NCBI RefSeq assembly: GCF_000341395.1
Contig: NC_020304.1
Coordinates: 2,940,001 to 2,972,000 of the forward strand
DNA: 32,000 nt
Direction: 5' to 3'
Origin: Desulfocapsa sulfexigens DSM 10523
GTDB lineage: Bacteria; Desulfobacterota; Desulfobulbia; Desulfobulbales; Desulfocapsaceae
Part shown: piece after piece, positions 9,095 to 16,914 of the stretch
How positions within the stretch are numbered: position 1 is the first letter of the stretch
Layout: each line of letters begins with the position of its first letter
Notes under the pieces: generated by a model
The model's input: the letters and a program-made list of their open reading frames with translations, nothing else
The model's database searches: none
What the model was told of the DNA's origin: nothing
Translations under genes and position numbers: made by a program

Positions 9095-11701
9095 TTACTC
9101 GACGGTTTCTGGGCTGACTGCTTTTTCCGTTTCCTGCGGCGTGGCTGTTTGAATTTTTCTGAGTTCCACTCTGCGATTTTTTGAACGACCGGTGTCTGTT
9201 GTGTTGTCAGCGATCGGCTCTGCAGCACCATATCCTTTCGCCTGGAGGGAGTCAGCAGAAACACCTTTGGATACCAGGTAATTCAGTACGGATTGGGCAC
9301 GCTGGGTGGAGAGTTGCAGGTTTGATTCTTCCTCACCAATTGAATCGGTATGGCCAGCTATTTCCATCTGGAGATCAGAATTGATCTGAAGAATGGCTGC
9401 GGTTGTATCAAGTGCATGATGAGCGTCTTCAGTGAGTTCTGCCGTTCCAAATTGAAAGCTTATTCCTTCAAGAACAACCGTGGTCTGTTCTTCAGTACAT
9501 CCGGCATTATCAATTGCTTCACCGGAATTGCTGCCGGGACAGAGATCGAGCCTGTCAACCAGGCCATCACCATCCGAGTCTTTCTCACACCCCTGTTCAT
9601 CGACTTTGGCCCCTTTAATAGTGTCCGGACAGGCGTCCTCAGCATCTGATATGCCATCGTTATCACTATCGGTGGTCATAAGCTTGAGTTTGTCCCGTTC
9701 AGCAGTCAGTGCCGAGAGACTTGTTTGCAGTGCGGTGACTTCGGCAAGGCTTTTCGTCAGATTTTCCTGATTGGCGTTGAAAGAGTCTTCCAGCTCTTTG
9801 TTTGTATCTTTAAGGGCTGTCACTTGTTCCTTAATGGATTCAATTAATGCTGTTTGCTCATCGGCTGCAGCTTTTGCAGTGGCGGCTTCCTCAGTCAGTC
9901 TTTCAATCTCTTGTTGTTGCACAGTACTAGTGTCTGTCTCATTGCTTTGTTGAGCTTTTGCCTCATCGAGGGCGGTCTGGAGAGAGGCAAGTTGTTCATT
10001 ATTCGTGCTAAGTTGATCGGTAAGATTTTGAATAGTTGCGTCTTTTTGTGAGACAAGAGCAGTATGTTCTTTAATCTGGCTATCGGAAAGGGCCTTAGCG
10101 GCGGTAAGATCTGCGACGAGTTGTGCGATCTTCTGTTCCTTTTCGGCACCATCGTTGGCCGTAATTTGGGAGGTTAATTGTTGTATGGTTGCTTCTTTTT
10201 CAGCTAGAGTAGAAGAAATTTGATCAATTTCTTTCTGTAAATCGGTTGAGTGCTTTACAGCTGTTTCCGTCGCAGCAGTTTGTTGATCAAGAAGACTCTG
10301 CAGAGACTCGACCTGCTGGGCATGCTGTTTGTCTGTATCTGTTTGTTGAGTACTCAGGGTCTCAATTTCTTCACGGGCCTGGGAAAGAGCAAGCTGGACT
10401 TCCCCAAGAGCAGATTTTGCAGGTTCAAGCTCTTTGCTGAGTGAATCGTTTACCGCTTGCAGTTCAGCAAGAGTTGTTTCAGAGTGGGTGCTGTTCTCAG
10501 TGAGGAGCGCATTTTGTTCACTCGCTTCTTTCAGTTGTTGTTCAAGGGAACTGAGCTTTTCTGTCAACTGAGCAGTGACTTCCTGATTTTGTATGATGAT
10601 ATTTTCAATTTCCTGATCTTTGTCAGTCAAAAGGATCTGCAACTCGGTCAGTGTTTGGCCAGCTTCTTCTTTCATGTGGTGCAATTTGTTAAGCTCATCG
10701 CTTAAAAACTGATTGTCTGTCTGCAGCAGTAGCAGCTTTTCCTGGTTTTCAGCATTGCTGTTTTCGCTTACCTGCAGGTCATTGAGCAAATCCTGGAGGT
10801 GTGCACTCTGCTCATTGATTTGTGACTGTAAAGTGGTGTTACTGAGTTCAAGTTCCTGGATTTTGGTAATAGCTGCGGCGAGTCTACCATCTTCAGCCGG
10901 GGTGGGCTGTTGATTCATCTTTTCAATAAGGGCACTAATTTCAGCTAGAGCGGCGTCTGTGGGCCTCTGAGTGGTTGCTGATGCTCCGGGCTGACCAGTG
11001 GTTCCGGACAGTTGTTCAAGTTGTTCCTGGAGGTCAACAACCTGTTGGGTTTTACGTGCCAGTTCGTCAAGCACCAGGGATAAATTCATTGCCTTGGTGT
11101 TGTTGGCACTTCTTGAATGCTTTATTGTTTCTGTACTTGCTTCAAGCTGTTCTTTATATAGTGCAATGGCCTCATCTTTTTCCTTAAGGGCGGCGGCCAG
11201 CATTTTGAGTCGTGCGTCTTTGTGCTCAAGGGAATTCTGTGATGTCTTGAGATGCCTGGTTATCTCATGGATCTCTGCTTCGAGGGCACCTTTTTCTTTT
11301 TCTGCACTGGCCAGTAGTTTCTGTTGTTCATCAAATTGTTTTTGAAGGGTGGTGAATTCGACCATGCGTTTACTGGCATCATCAAGTTGTTTGTTCAGCT
11401 GTTCGTGAAGGTCTTTTACCTGCTGCTGGTATAATGCTTTCTCTTTTTCGATGGCAGTTATAGTATTCGAAAGCTCGGGGATAAGGTCATTTTTCTTTCG
11501 GGCATTTTCGGCAGAAAGAGTTGTTTCTTTAAGTGTCTGCTGTATCTCACTGATCAGCTGTTCCTTTTTTTTGACGGTTTGCTGGATGTCTTGTTTATCA
11601 AGTGCCAGTTGAGCACTTTTCTGCATGTAAAAAATAAGAAAAAGAGAAATGATAAGTATGGTGAGTATACTGCCGTAGACGATTTTTGCTGTTGACCCCA
11701 T
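9095..11701 (-). CDS. Membrane-anchored long coiled-coil protein with thrombospondin type-3 Ca-binding repeats and a C-terminal OmpA-like peptidoglycan-binding domain
   Basis: N-terminal TM (IVYGSILTILIISLFLIFY) and ~650 aa of Q/E/L/K/T-rich heptad-like sequence. TSP3 motifs DSDNDGISDAEDACPD and DSDGDGLVDRLDLCP are present. The OmpA_C signature includes GHTDSIG, LSTQRAQSV and NRRVEL. Confidence 0.85.
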   Translation of the reverse strand: MGSTAKIVYGSILTILIISLFLIFYMQKSAQLALDKQDIQQTVKKKEQLISEIQQTLKETTLSAENARKKNDLIPELSNTITAIEKEKALYQQQVKDLHEQLNKQLDDASKRMVEFTTLQKQFDEQQKLLASAEKEKGALEAEIHEITRHLKTSQNSLEHKDARLKMLAAALKEKDEAIALYKEQLEASTETIKHSRSANNTKAMNLSLVLDELARKTQQVVDLQEQLEQLSGTTGQPGASATTQRPTDAALAEISALIEKMNQQPTPAEDGRLAAAITKIQELELSNTTLQSQINEQSAHLQDLLNDLQVSENSNAENQEKLLLLQTDNQFLSDELNKLHHMKEEAGQTLTELQILLTDKDQEIENIIIQNQEVTAQLTEKLSSLEQQLKEASEQNALLTENSTHSETTLAELQAVNDSLSKELEPAKSALGEVQLALSQAREEIETLSTQQTDTDKQHAQQVESLQSLLDQQTAATETAVKHSTDLQKEIDQISSTLAEKEATIQQLTSQITANDGAEKEQKIAQLVADLTAAKALSDSQIKEHTALVSQKDATIQNLTDQLSTNNEQLASLQTALDEAKAQQSNETDTSTVQQQEIERLTEEAATAKAAADEQTALIESIKEQVTALKDTNKELEDSFNANQENLTKSLAEVTALQTSLSALTAERDKLKLMTTDSDNDGISDAEDACPDTIKGAKVDEQGCEKDSDGDGLVDRLDLCPGSNSGEAIDNAGCTEEQTTVVLEGISFQFGTAELTEDAHHALDTTAAILQINSDLQMEIAGHTDSIGEEESNLQLSTQRAQSVLNYLVSKGVSADSLQAKGYGAAEPIADNTTDTGRSKNRRVELRKIQTATPQETEKAVSPETVE

Positions 11702-11926
11702 AATTTTTACCCCGGAAGAAAATTGAACGCCTATATTTTGTAATATTGTATATTAGTGGTACTGATGAGTACCTTTAATCTGTAAACAGAATAACTTGGC
11801 TATTGATACCCCCTCTTAGTTCCAATTGCAAGTTGTCTGAGTAATAACTCGAGTAAAGAGAAAAAGGAGAAGAAGGGAAAGTTCAGATCCAACCTCCCTG
11901 TGCTTCAGTAAACAGCACCTGAAAAT

Positions 11927-12382
11927 CTAATTTACGGTGGGAGCAGTTCCTAAAACTTTTGCATTGATTTTTTCTTTCTGGCTATCACTTGGTTCAGGTT
12001 TGCTCCAGTGGATAAAGGCCTCAGTTACCCGCATATAGTCACCATCATCTTTTTTACATAAGTCACAGATGCTTTCTGCCTGGTCGCGGTATATGATGAG
12101 CTTAGAGGCTGGTTCACCATCTTTTGCCACTGCAGCCATCTTTTTACAGCCGCATGCCAGGCGAACTATAACCACACCGATGCCGTCGGGACTTCCCTCA
12201 AGGATTCCTTCAATCATGGCTTCTTCGTTTTTTTCGGCAACCAGCGTTTTAGTTTTTGTTTTCCCAGTGGATTTATTTTTTTTTGCCATTTTCTTGTCTC
12301 TCTGCATTTCTATTATTAATGAATTGTTAGGAGTTTGTACTATAAGACGGATTGATTTCAGGTCAATGTTTTTCGGGTTCAT
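11927..12382 (-). CDS. Small hypothetical protein with a Lys-rich N-terminus and CxC...CxxC cysteines
   Basis: Open frame of 151 aa. The internal starts M26 (12307) and M32 (12289, MAKKNKSTGKTKTK) are at least as plausible as 12382, and none has a strong RBS. The Cys pattern LACGCKK ... SICDLCKK suggests a small metal-binding fold. No family recognised. Confidence 0.45.
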   Translation of the reverse strand: MNPKNIDLKSIRLIVQTPNNSLIIEMQRDKKMAKKNKSTGKTKTKTLVAEKNEEAMIEGILEGSPDGIGVVIVRLACGCKKMAAVAKDGEPASKLIIYRDQAESICDLCKKDDGDYMRVTEAFIHWSKPEPSDSQKEKINAKVLGTAPTVN

Positions 12383-12457
12383 TCTGGTCTGATTTCAGCG
12401 CTAGCAGGGGAGATTGAGCTTTTCACAATATATCCCCTTTAAACGTTAGAATTATAC

Positions 12458-12486
12458 TTGACAAAAAGCAGGTGTTGAATTACTTG
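12458..12486 (+). promoter_or_regulatory. Possible sigma-70 promoter for the ferredoxin gene
   Basis: TTGACA at 12458-12463, then a 17-nt spacer and TACTTG at 12481-12486. The -10 is weak, matching 3 of 6 positions. It is the only consensus -35 in the 209-bp upstream gap. Confidence 0.25.
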
Positions 12487-12537
12487 GTCTATACACGAAA
12501 CAAGTGTTCCAGTTTGCGTTAATGCTTATGGAGACTG

Positions 12538-12563
12538 AAAAAGATACCTTTTGTATCTTTTTT
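12538..12563 (+). other. AU-rich 10-bp hairpin in the ferredoxin leader
   Basis: AAAAAGATAC (12538-12547) pairs perfectly with GTATCTTTTT (12553-12562) around the loop CTTTT. A T-rich tract follows, then AGGAGG at 12581-12586 and the ATG at 12592. Confidence 0.3.
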
Positions 12564-12591
12564 AATTTTTTATTTATTTTAGGAGGTTATT

Positions 12592-12780
12592 ATGGCTTGG
12601 GAAGTAGTTGTAGACAAAGACAAATGTGCTGGTGATGAAGAATGTGTAAACGCTTGTCCTGCTCAGGTTTACGAGATGGTAGACGGAAAAGCAGAGGTTG
12701 TTGAAGAAGACGAGTGTCTCGGTTGTGAGACCTGCGTTGAAGTTTGTCCTGAAGGCGCTATCACCGTAACTGAAGTCTAA
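12592..12780 (+). CDS. Small ferredoxin (62 aa)
   Basis: Carries the CxxCxxCxxxCP motif (CLGCETCVEVCP) plus a second partial motif C-x5-C-x3-CP (CAGDEECVNACP). It is acidic, has a strong RBS (AGGAGG) 5 nt upstream, and is followed by a terminator. Confidence 0.9.
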   Translation: MAWEVVVDKDKCAGDEECVNACPAQVYEMVDGKAEVVEEDECLGCETCVEVCPEGAITVTEV

Positions 12781-12803
12781 GTCATTTAGAACTCGGTTTG
12801 TTG

Positions 12804-12846
12804 CAAGCCCATTCTCCCGTCAGGGAGGATGGGCTTGTCTTATTTA
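12804..12846 (+). terminator. Rho-independent terminator after the ferredoxin gene
   Basis: CAAGCCCATTCTCCC (12804-12818), loop GTCA, GGGAGGATGGGCTTG (12823-12837). This gives a 15-bp stem with one G-U pair, followed by TCTTATTTA. Confidence 0.6.
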
Positions 12847-12864
12847 TGGGGTAGACAAATTCAA

Positions 12865-13329
12865 ATGGCTGGGAAACTTTCCAAACTCAAACCAGGTGCA
12901 TCCCGATCGGTACATCTTCTGGTAGCAGCAACACTGTGGACAGTTGTCGGTATCTCTCTGATGTCCAGGGGGATTGTGTGGCTGAATGGGCTTGGACAAC
13001 TGTGGATTGTACTCCCTGGTCTGCTGCTGGGTTCTCTTAAATCCCTCTTTATGCTGGATCGTTCAGCCATAAAAAGTATAAATCGCATAATCGCCACCCG
13101 TGATGGCCGATGTATCGGTGGTGTATATTCAGTTAAAACCTGGCTGCTGGTGTTGCTCATGATGGCAGCAGGCTGTCTCATGCGTAATTCGAGTCTGCCA
13201 AAAGAGTTGCTTGGACTGTTTTATGTCTCCATCGGCTGGGGCCTGTTGTTTTCATCGAGAACTGCCTGGGTTGCCTGGAAAAAAGGTGACGAAGTTCCTC
13301 TAAAGAAAAACACGGGTATGGGCGTGTAG
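12865..13329 (+). CDS. Hypothetical integral membrane protein
   Basis: The track ORF starts at 12829, inside the terminator stem, so the ATG at 12865 (MAGKLSKLKPG...) is more likely. It has four predicted hydrophobic helices. No family recognised. Confidence 0.55.
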   Translation: MAGKLSKLKPGASRSVHLLVAATLWTVVGISLMSRGIVWLNGLGQLWIVLPGLLLGSLKSLFMLDRSAIKSINRIIATRDGRCIGGVYSVKTWLLVLLMMAAGCLMRNSSLPKELLGLFYVSIGWGLLFSSRTAWVAWKKGDEVPLKKNTGMGV

Positions 13330-13335
13330 ATTGAA

Positions 13336-14460
13336 ATGAGCACTTCTTTTAATCAGATTCTGATAAGTCGTTCAGCCCTTTGCCACAATTATCGTCTTCT
13401 CTCAGAACGTGTAGGGAAAACCGCCCACTTACTTGCCATGGTCAAAGCTGATGCTTATGGTCACGGGATGATTCAGACTGCAGGTGTTCTGAATAATGCC
13501 GGATGCCGTCATTTTGGTGTGGCTGAAGTTGGTGAAGGAGTTCAGTTACGAGAGTCAGGTGTTGAAGGGGCTATTTTTGTCTTTCTTGGCTTTGATCCCC
13601 TGGATGTCTCACTTTTTTTTGAGTATGATCTCATTCCTGTGATTTATGATCTTGAGAGTGCACGTGTATTATCCCTTGAGGCCGTAAAGCGTGATACAGT
13701 CATAGAAGTTCATGTGAAAGTGGACTGTGGAATGACTCGCCTCGGGATATTTCCGGAAGCGTTTGGAGTTTTTTCCTCTGCACTGCAGCAATTACCTGGG
13801 ATTACCTTGACTGGTATCGCCAGCCATTTTCCGCGATCCGATGAGGCAGATTCCGACCATACTTCCAAACAGTTTTTACGCTTTGAAAAGCTTTTTGCCA
13901 TTGCCGGGCATGCAGATACACTTATAAAACATATCGCTAACTCCGGCGGAGTTCTCTATTTCCCTCATACATCTTGTGATATGGCCAGGGCAGGGATATC
14001 GCTCTATGGCTACTATCCTGATGGAATGATTGGAAGTGCAGCCGAAAATGGGGAACAGTTGCAACCTGTCATGTCCTTTGTTACACGAGTCCTTCAGGTG
14101 AAAACTGTACCGGCCGGAGTTGGAATCAGTTATGGCCATACCTACGTCACCAGTCGTGAGACACGTCTGGCTGTGCTCCCGGTTGGCTATGAAGACGGTT
14201 TGTCACGAAGTCTCTCCAATAAAGGGGAAGTTCTCGTTCATGGTGAGCGGGCAAAAGTGAGGGGCCGCATCTGCATGAACTTATGCATGGTTGATGTCTC
14301 CCATATTGAAGGTGTTCAGGCAGGGGATGAAGTAATTATTCTTGGCCGACAGGGAAAGGACACCATAAGCGGTGATGAAATCGCGGGGTGGATGGATAGT
14401 ATCTCCTACGAGGTACTCTGTCTCTTTGGAAATAATAACGAAAGAAAATATATAGAATGA
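13336..14460 (+). CDS. alr: Alanine racemase
   Basis: PLP-lysine motif AMVKADAYGHG, the C-terminal RGRICMNLCMVDVS block, and typical length (374 aa). Confidence 0.93.
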   Translation: MSTSFNQILISRSALCHNYRLLSERVGKTAHLLAMVKADAYGHGMIQTAGVLNNAGCRHFGVAEVGEGVQLRESGVEGAIFVFLGFDPLDVSLFFEYDLIPVIYDLESARVLSLEAVKRDTVIEVHVKVDCGMTRLGIFPEAFGVFSSALQQLPGITLTGIASHFPRSDEADSDHTSKQFLRFEKLFAIAGHADTLIKHIANSGGVLYFPHTSCDMARAGISLYGYYPDGMIGSAAENGEQLQPVMSFVTRVLQVKTVPAGVGISYGHTYVTSRETRLAVLPVGYEDGLSRSLSNKGEVLVHGERAKVRGRICMNLCMVDVSHIEGVQAGDEVIILGRQGKDTISGDEIAGWMDSISYEVLCLFGNNNERKYIE

Positions 14461-16124
14461 TTCTTGAACGATTACAGAAACTGGTTGATGGCTGTTTTGA
14501 AAGAGGAGTGAATGAAGGGAAGTGGTCTGCCAAGGCTTCCGGAAAATATTCACTTGAAGTTCCAAAACGTGATGGCCAGGGGGATTACTCTACCAATATG
14601 GCCATGGTCATGGCTGGAATGGAGAAAAAAAATCCTCGGGAGATTGCTGGAGCATTGCTGGAACTGCTTGGTGAGGATGACAGCATCATCGAAAAACTGG
14701 AAATTGCAGGTCCCGGGTTTGTGAATATCTTTCTCAAGAAACAGGTGTGGCAGGATATCATCAATCCAGTGCTTGCGGCCGGGAAGACCTATGGTCAATC
14801 CAGGGTGGGAAATGGCAAAAACGTTATGGTTGAATTTGTCAGTGCCAATCCAACCGGGCCATTAAGCATTGGACATGGTCGTCAGGCTATTCTTGGTGAT
14901 GCCATTGCCAGATTGCTCGAAGCGACGGGTCATTCAGTGTACCGTGAATATTATTTTAATGATGCCGGACGTCAGATGCGGGTACTTGGTCAATCCACCA
15001 GGGCACGTTATCTTGAACTCCAGAACAAGCCATTCGAATTTCCTGAGGATGGATATCAGGGAGAGTATATTCAGGACATTGCGCAGGAACTCTACAATGA
15101 ACAGGGTGACGCACTGGTAGACGAGGAGGACACACTTCCTTTTACTCAAAAGGCAAAAGATGTTATTTTTGCTGATATTTCCTCAACTCTGAAACGAATG
15201 GGGATTGTCTTTGACAACTATTACAACGAGCACTCCCTCTACGATGAAGGGCATATTGATTCCGTTGTAAAAGAACTTCGTGAAAAAGGGCTGGTATACG
15301 AGAAGGATGATGCCGTCTGGTTTAAAACAACTGAATTTGGTCATGACCAGGACAGGGTGATTATTAAAAATACTGGTGAACCCACATATAGACTCCCTGA
15401 TATTGCCTACCATCGTGAAAAATTTAAACGTAATTTTGACTGGATGATAGATGTTTTCGGCTCGGATCATATTGCCACCGTTCCTGATGTGATGGCAGGA
15501 CTTGAGGCCCTCGGGTACGATTCACAGAAGGTTACTGTTGTTTTACATCAGTTTGTAACGCTTACCCGAAATGGCAAGCAGGTTAAAATGTCCACCCGTA
15601 AGGCAACCTTTGTCACGGTTGACGAACTGCTTGATATGGTCGGTCCCGATGTTGCCCGATTTTATTTTATGATGCGCAAGGCCGACAGTCAGCTTGAGTT
15701 TGATCTGGATCTTGCGACGAGTGAAGAAAAAGATAATCCTGTCCACTATGTTCAGTATGGTCATGCAAGACTCTGCTCAATCATGCGCAAGGCTGAAGAA
15801 TTGGGGATGGAAAATAATAGTGTGTGTAATGCTGATCTTTCGCTCCTGAAGGAACCGGAAGAGATACAACTATTAAAACGTATGGCCTCTTTTCCCGGAT
15901 CCGTGGAATCGGCTGCACTTGATCTCGCGCCACACCGTGCCATATTTTTCCTGATGGAACTTGCAGGGGACTGGCATAGTTATTATAACAAACACAAAGT
16001 GATAGATCCTGAAAATGTTCCCCAGGCAGTTACCGACGCCCGCCTTTGTCTGGTTGCAGCTTTGCGGCAGGTTTTTAAGAATGGATTGGAAATGCTCGGT
16101 CTGACTGCTCTGGAGAAAATGTAG
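14457..16124 (+). CDS. argS: Arginine--tRNA ligase
   Basis: Class I HIGH-type motif SANPTGPLSIGHGR and KMSKS-type MSTRK. The C-terminal anticodon-binding region ends with the conserved M. The start overlaps the alr stop (ATGA). Confidence 0.96.
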   Translation: MILERLQKLVDGCFERGVNEGKWSAKASGKYSLEVPKRDGQGDYSTNMAMVMAGMEKKNPREIAGALLELLGEDDSIIEKLEIAGPGFVNIFLKKQVWQDIINPVLAAGKTYGQSRVGNGKNVMVEFVSANPTGPLSIGHGRQAILGDAIARLLEATGHSVYREYYFNDAGRQMRVLGQSTRARYLELQNKPFEFPEDGYQGEYIQDIAQELYNEQGDALVDEEDTLPFTQKAKDVIFADISSTLKRMGIVFDNYYNEHSLYDEGHIDSVVKELREKGLVYEKDDAVWFKTTEFGHDQDRVIIKNTGEPTYRLPDIAYHREKFKRNFDWMIDVFGSDHIATVPDVMAGLEALGYDSQKVTVVLHQFVTLTRNGKQVKMSTRKATFVTVDELLDMVGPDVARFYFMMRKADSQLEFDLDLATSEEKDNPVHYVQYGHARLCSIMRKAEELGMENNSVCNADLSLLKEPEEIQLLKRMASFPGSVESAALDLAPHRAIFFLMELAGDWHSYYNKHKVIDPENVPQAVTDARLCLVAALRQVFKNGLEMLGLTALEKM

Positions 16125-16140
16125 TAACACAGAAGAATGT

Positions 16141-16404
16141 ATGGCTCCCAGAAAACGGAAAAAACCGGTCAAGAAAGTTAAATTTCAAGTGACCAGAAGT
16201 GGAATAGCCGGTATTGCCGTTGTCTGTTTCTGCATATTTCTCTGGATGTTTTTGATTGGCGTCTGGGCTGGGCAGTCACTTCTGTATCCACCAGTGAATG
16301 ATACCAAGAGTTCTCCAGAAGTATCAGATAGTGGTAAGGGGAAGCAGGTATTTGAAGTTATTCAGCTGGAAGCGGATAAAAAGAAAAAAATAATTCAGAA
16401 ATAG
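16141..16404 (+). CDS. Small basic membrane-anchored protein, function unknown
   Basis: 87 aa, with a Lys/Arg-rich N-terminus (MAPRKRKKPVKKVK) and one TM helix (IAGIAVVCFCIFLWMFLIGVWAG). It begins 17 nt after argS and ends 6 nt before the next gene. Confidence 0.5.
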   Translation: MAPRKRKKPVKKVKFQVTRSGIAGIAVVCFCIFLWMFLIGVWAGQSLLYPPVNDTKSSPEVSDSGKGKQVFEVIQLEADKKKKIIQK

Positions 16405-16409
16405 TTTTT

Positions 16410-16877
16410 ATGATAATACGAAACGCCACAATGAGTGATGTGAAAGCGATGCATTCACTTCTCAATCATTATGCTGATAAGGGGCAGTTGCTCGGACGCT
16501 CCTTCAGTTCTTTATATGATAAACTCCGCGACTTTAAAGTATGTATTGATACAGATGGCGTTCTTGTCGGTTTGTGCGCTCTCAATATAATATGGGAAGA
16601 TCTTGCAGAAATCAGGTCCCTGGCCGTTCTGGAAAATTCACAGGGAAAAAAAATAGGGCAAAAGCTGGTACGTGCCTGTCTGGAAGAAGCCAATCGCTAT
16701 AATATCACGAAAGTTTTCACACTGACATATAAGGCTGGATTTTTCCGAAAACAGGGTTTTAAAGATATTGATAAGAGCCAACTGCCCCATAAGATCTGGA
16801 GTGATTGTCTGAACTGCCCCAAATTTCCAGACTGTGATGAAGAGGCTTTGCAGTGTATCGTCTCTGATGTTTTATGA
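16410..16877 (+). CDS. GNAT-family N-acetyltransferase (short ArgA-like amino-acid N-acetyltransferase type)
   Basis: Acetyl-CoA motif QGKKIGQKLV and the C-terminal Cys motif WSDCLNCPKFPDCDE, which I associate with short N-acetylglutamate-synthase-like GNATs. Substrate assignment is not secure. Confidence 0.75.
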   Translation: MIIRNATMSDVKAMHSLLNHYADKGQLLGRSFSSLYDKLRDFKVCIDTDGVLVGLCALNIIWEDLAEIRSLAVLENSQGKKIGQKLVRACLEEANRYNITKVFTLTYKAGFFRKQGFKDIDKSQLPHKIWSDCLNCPKFPDCDEEALQCIVSDVL

Positions 16878-16914
16878 TTTTCTACAATTTTAATAAAAAG
16901 AGTGAATTGCAATT

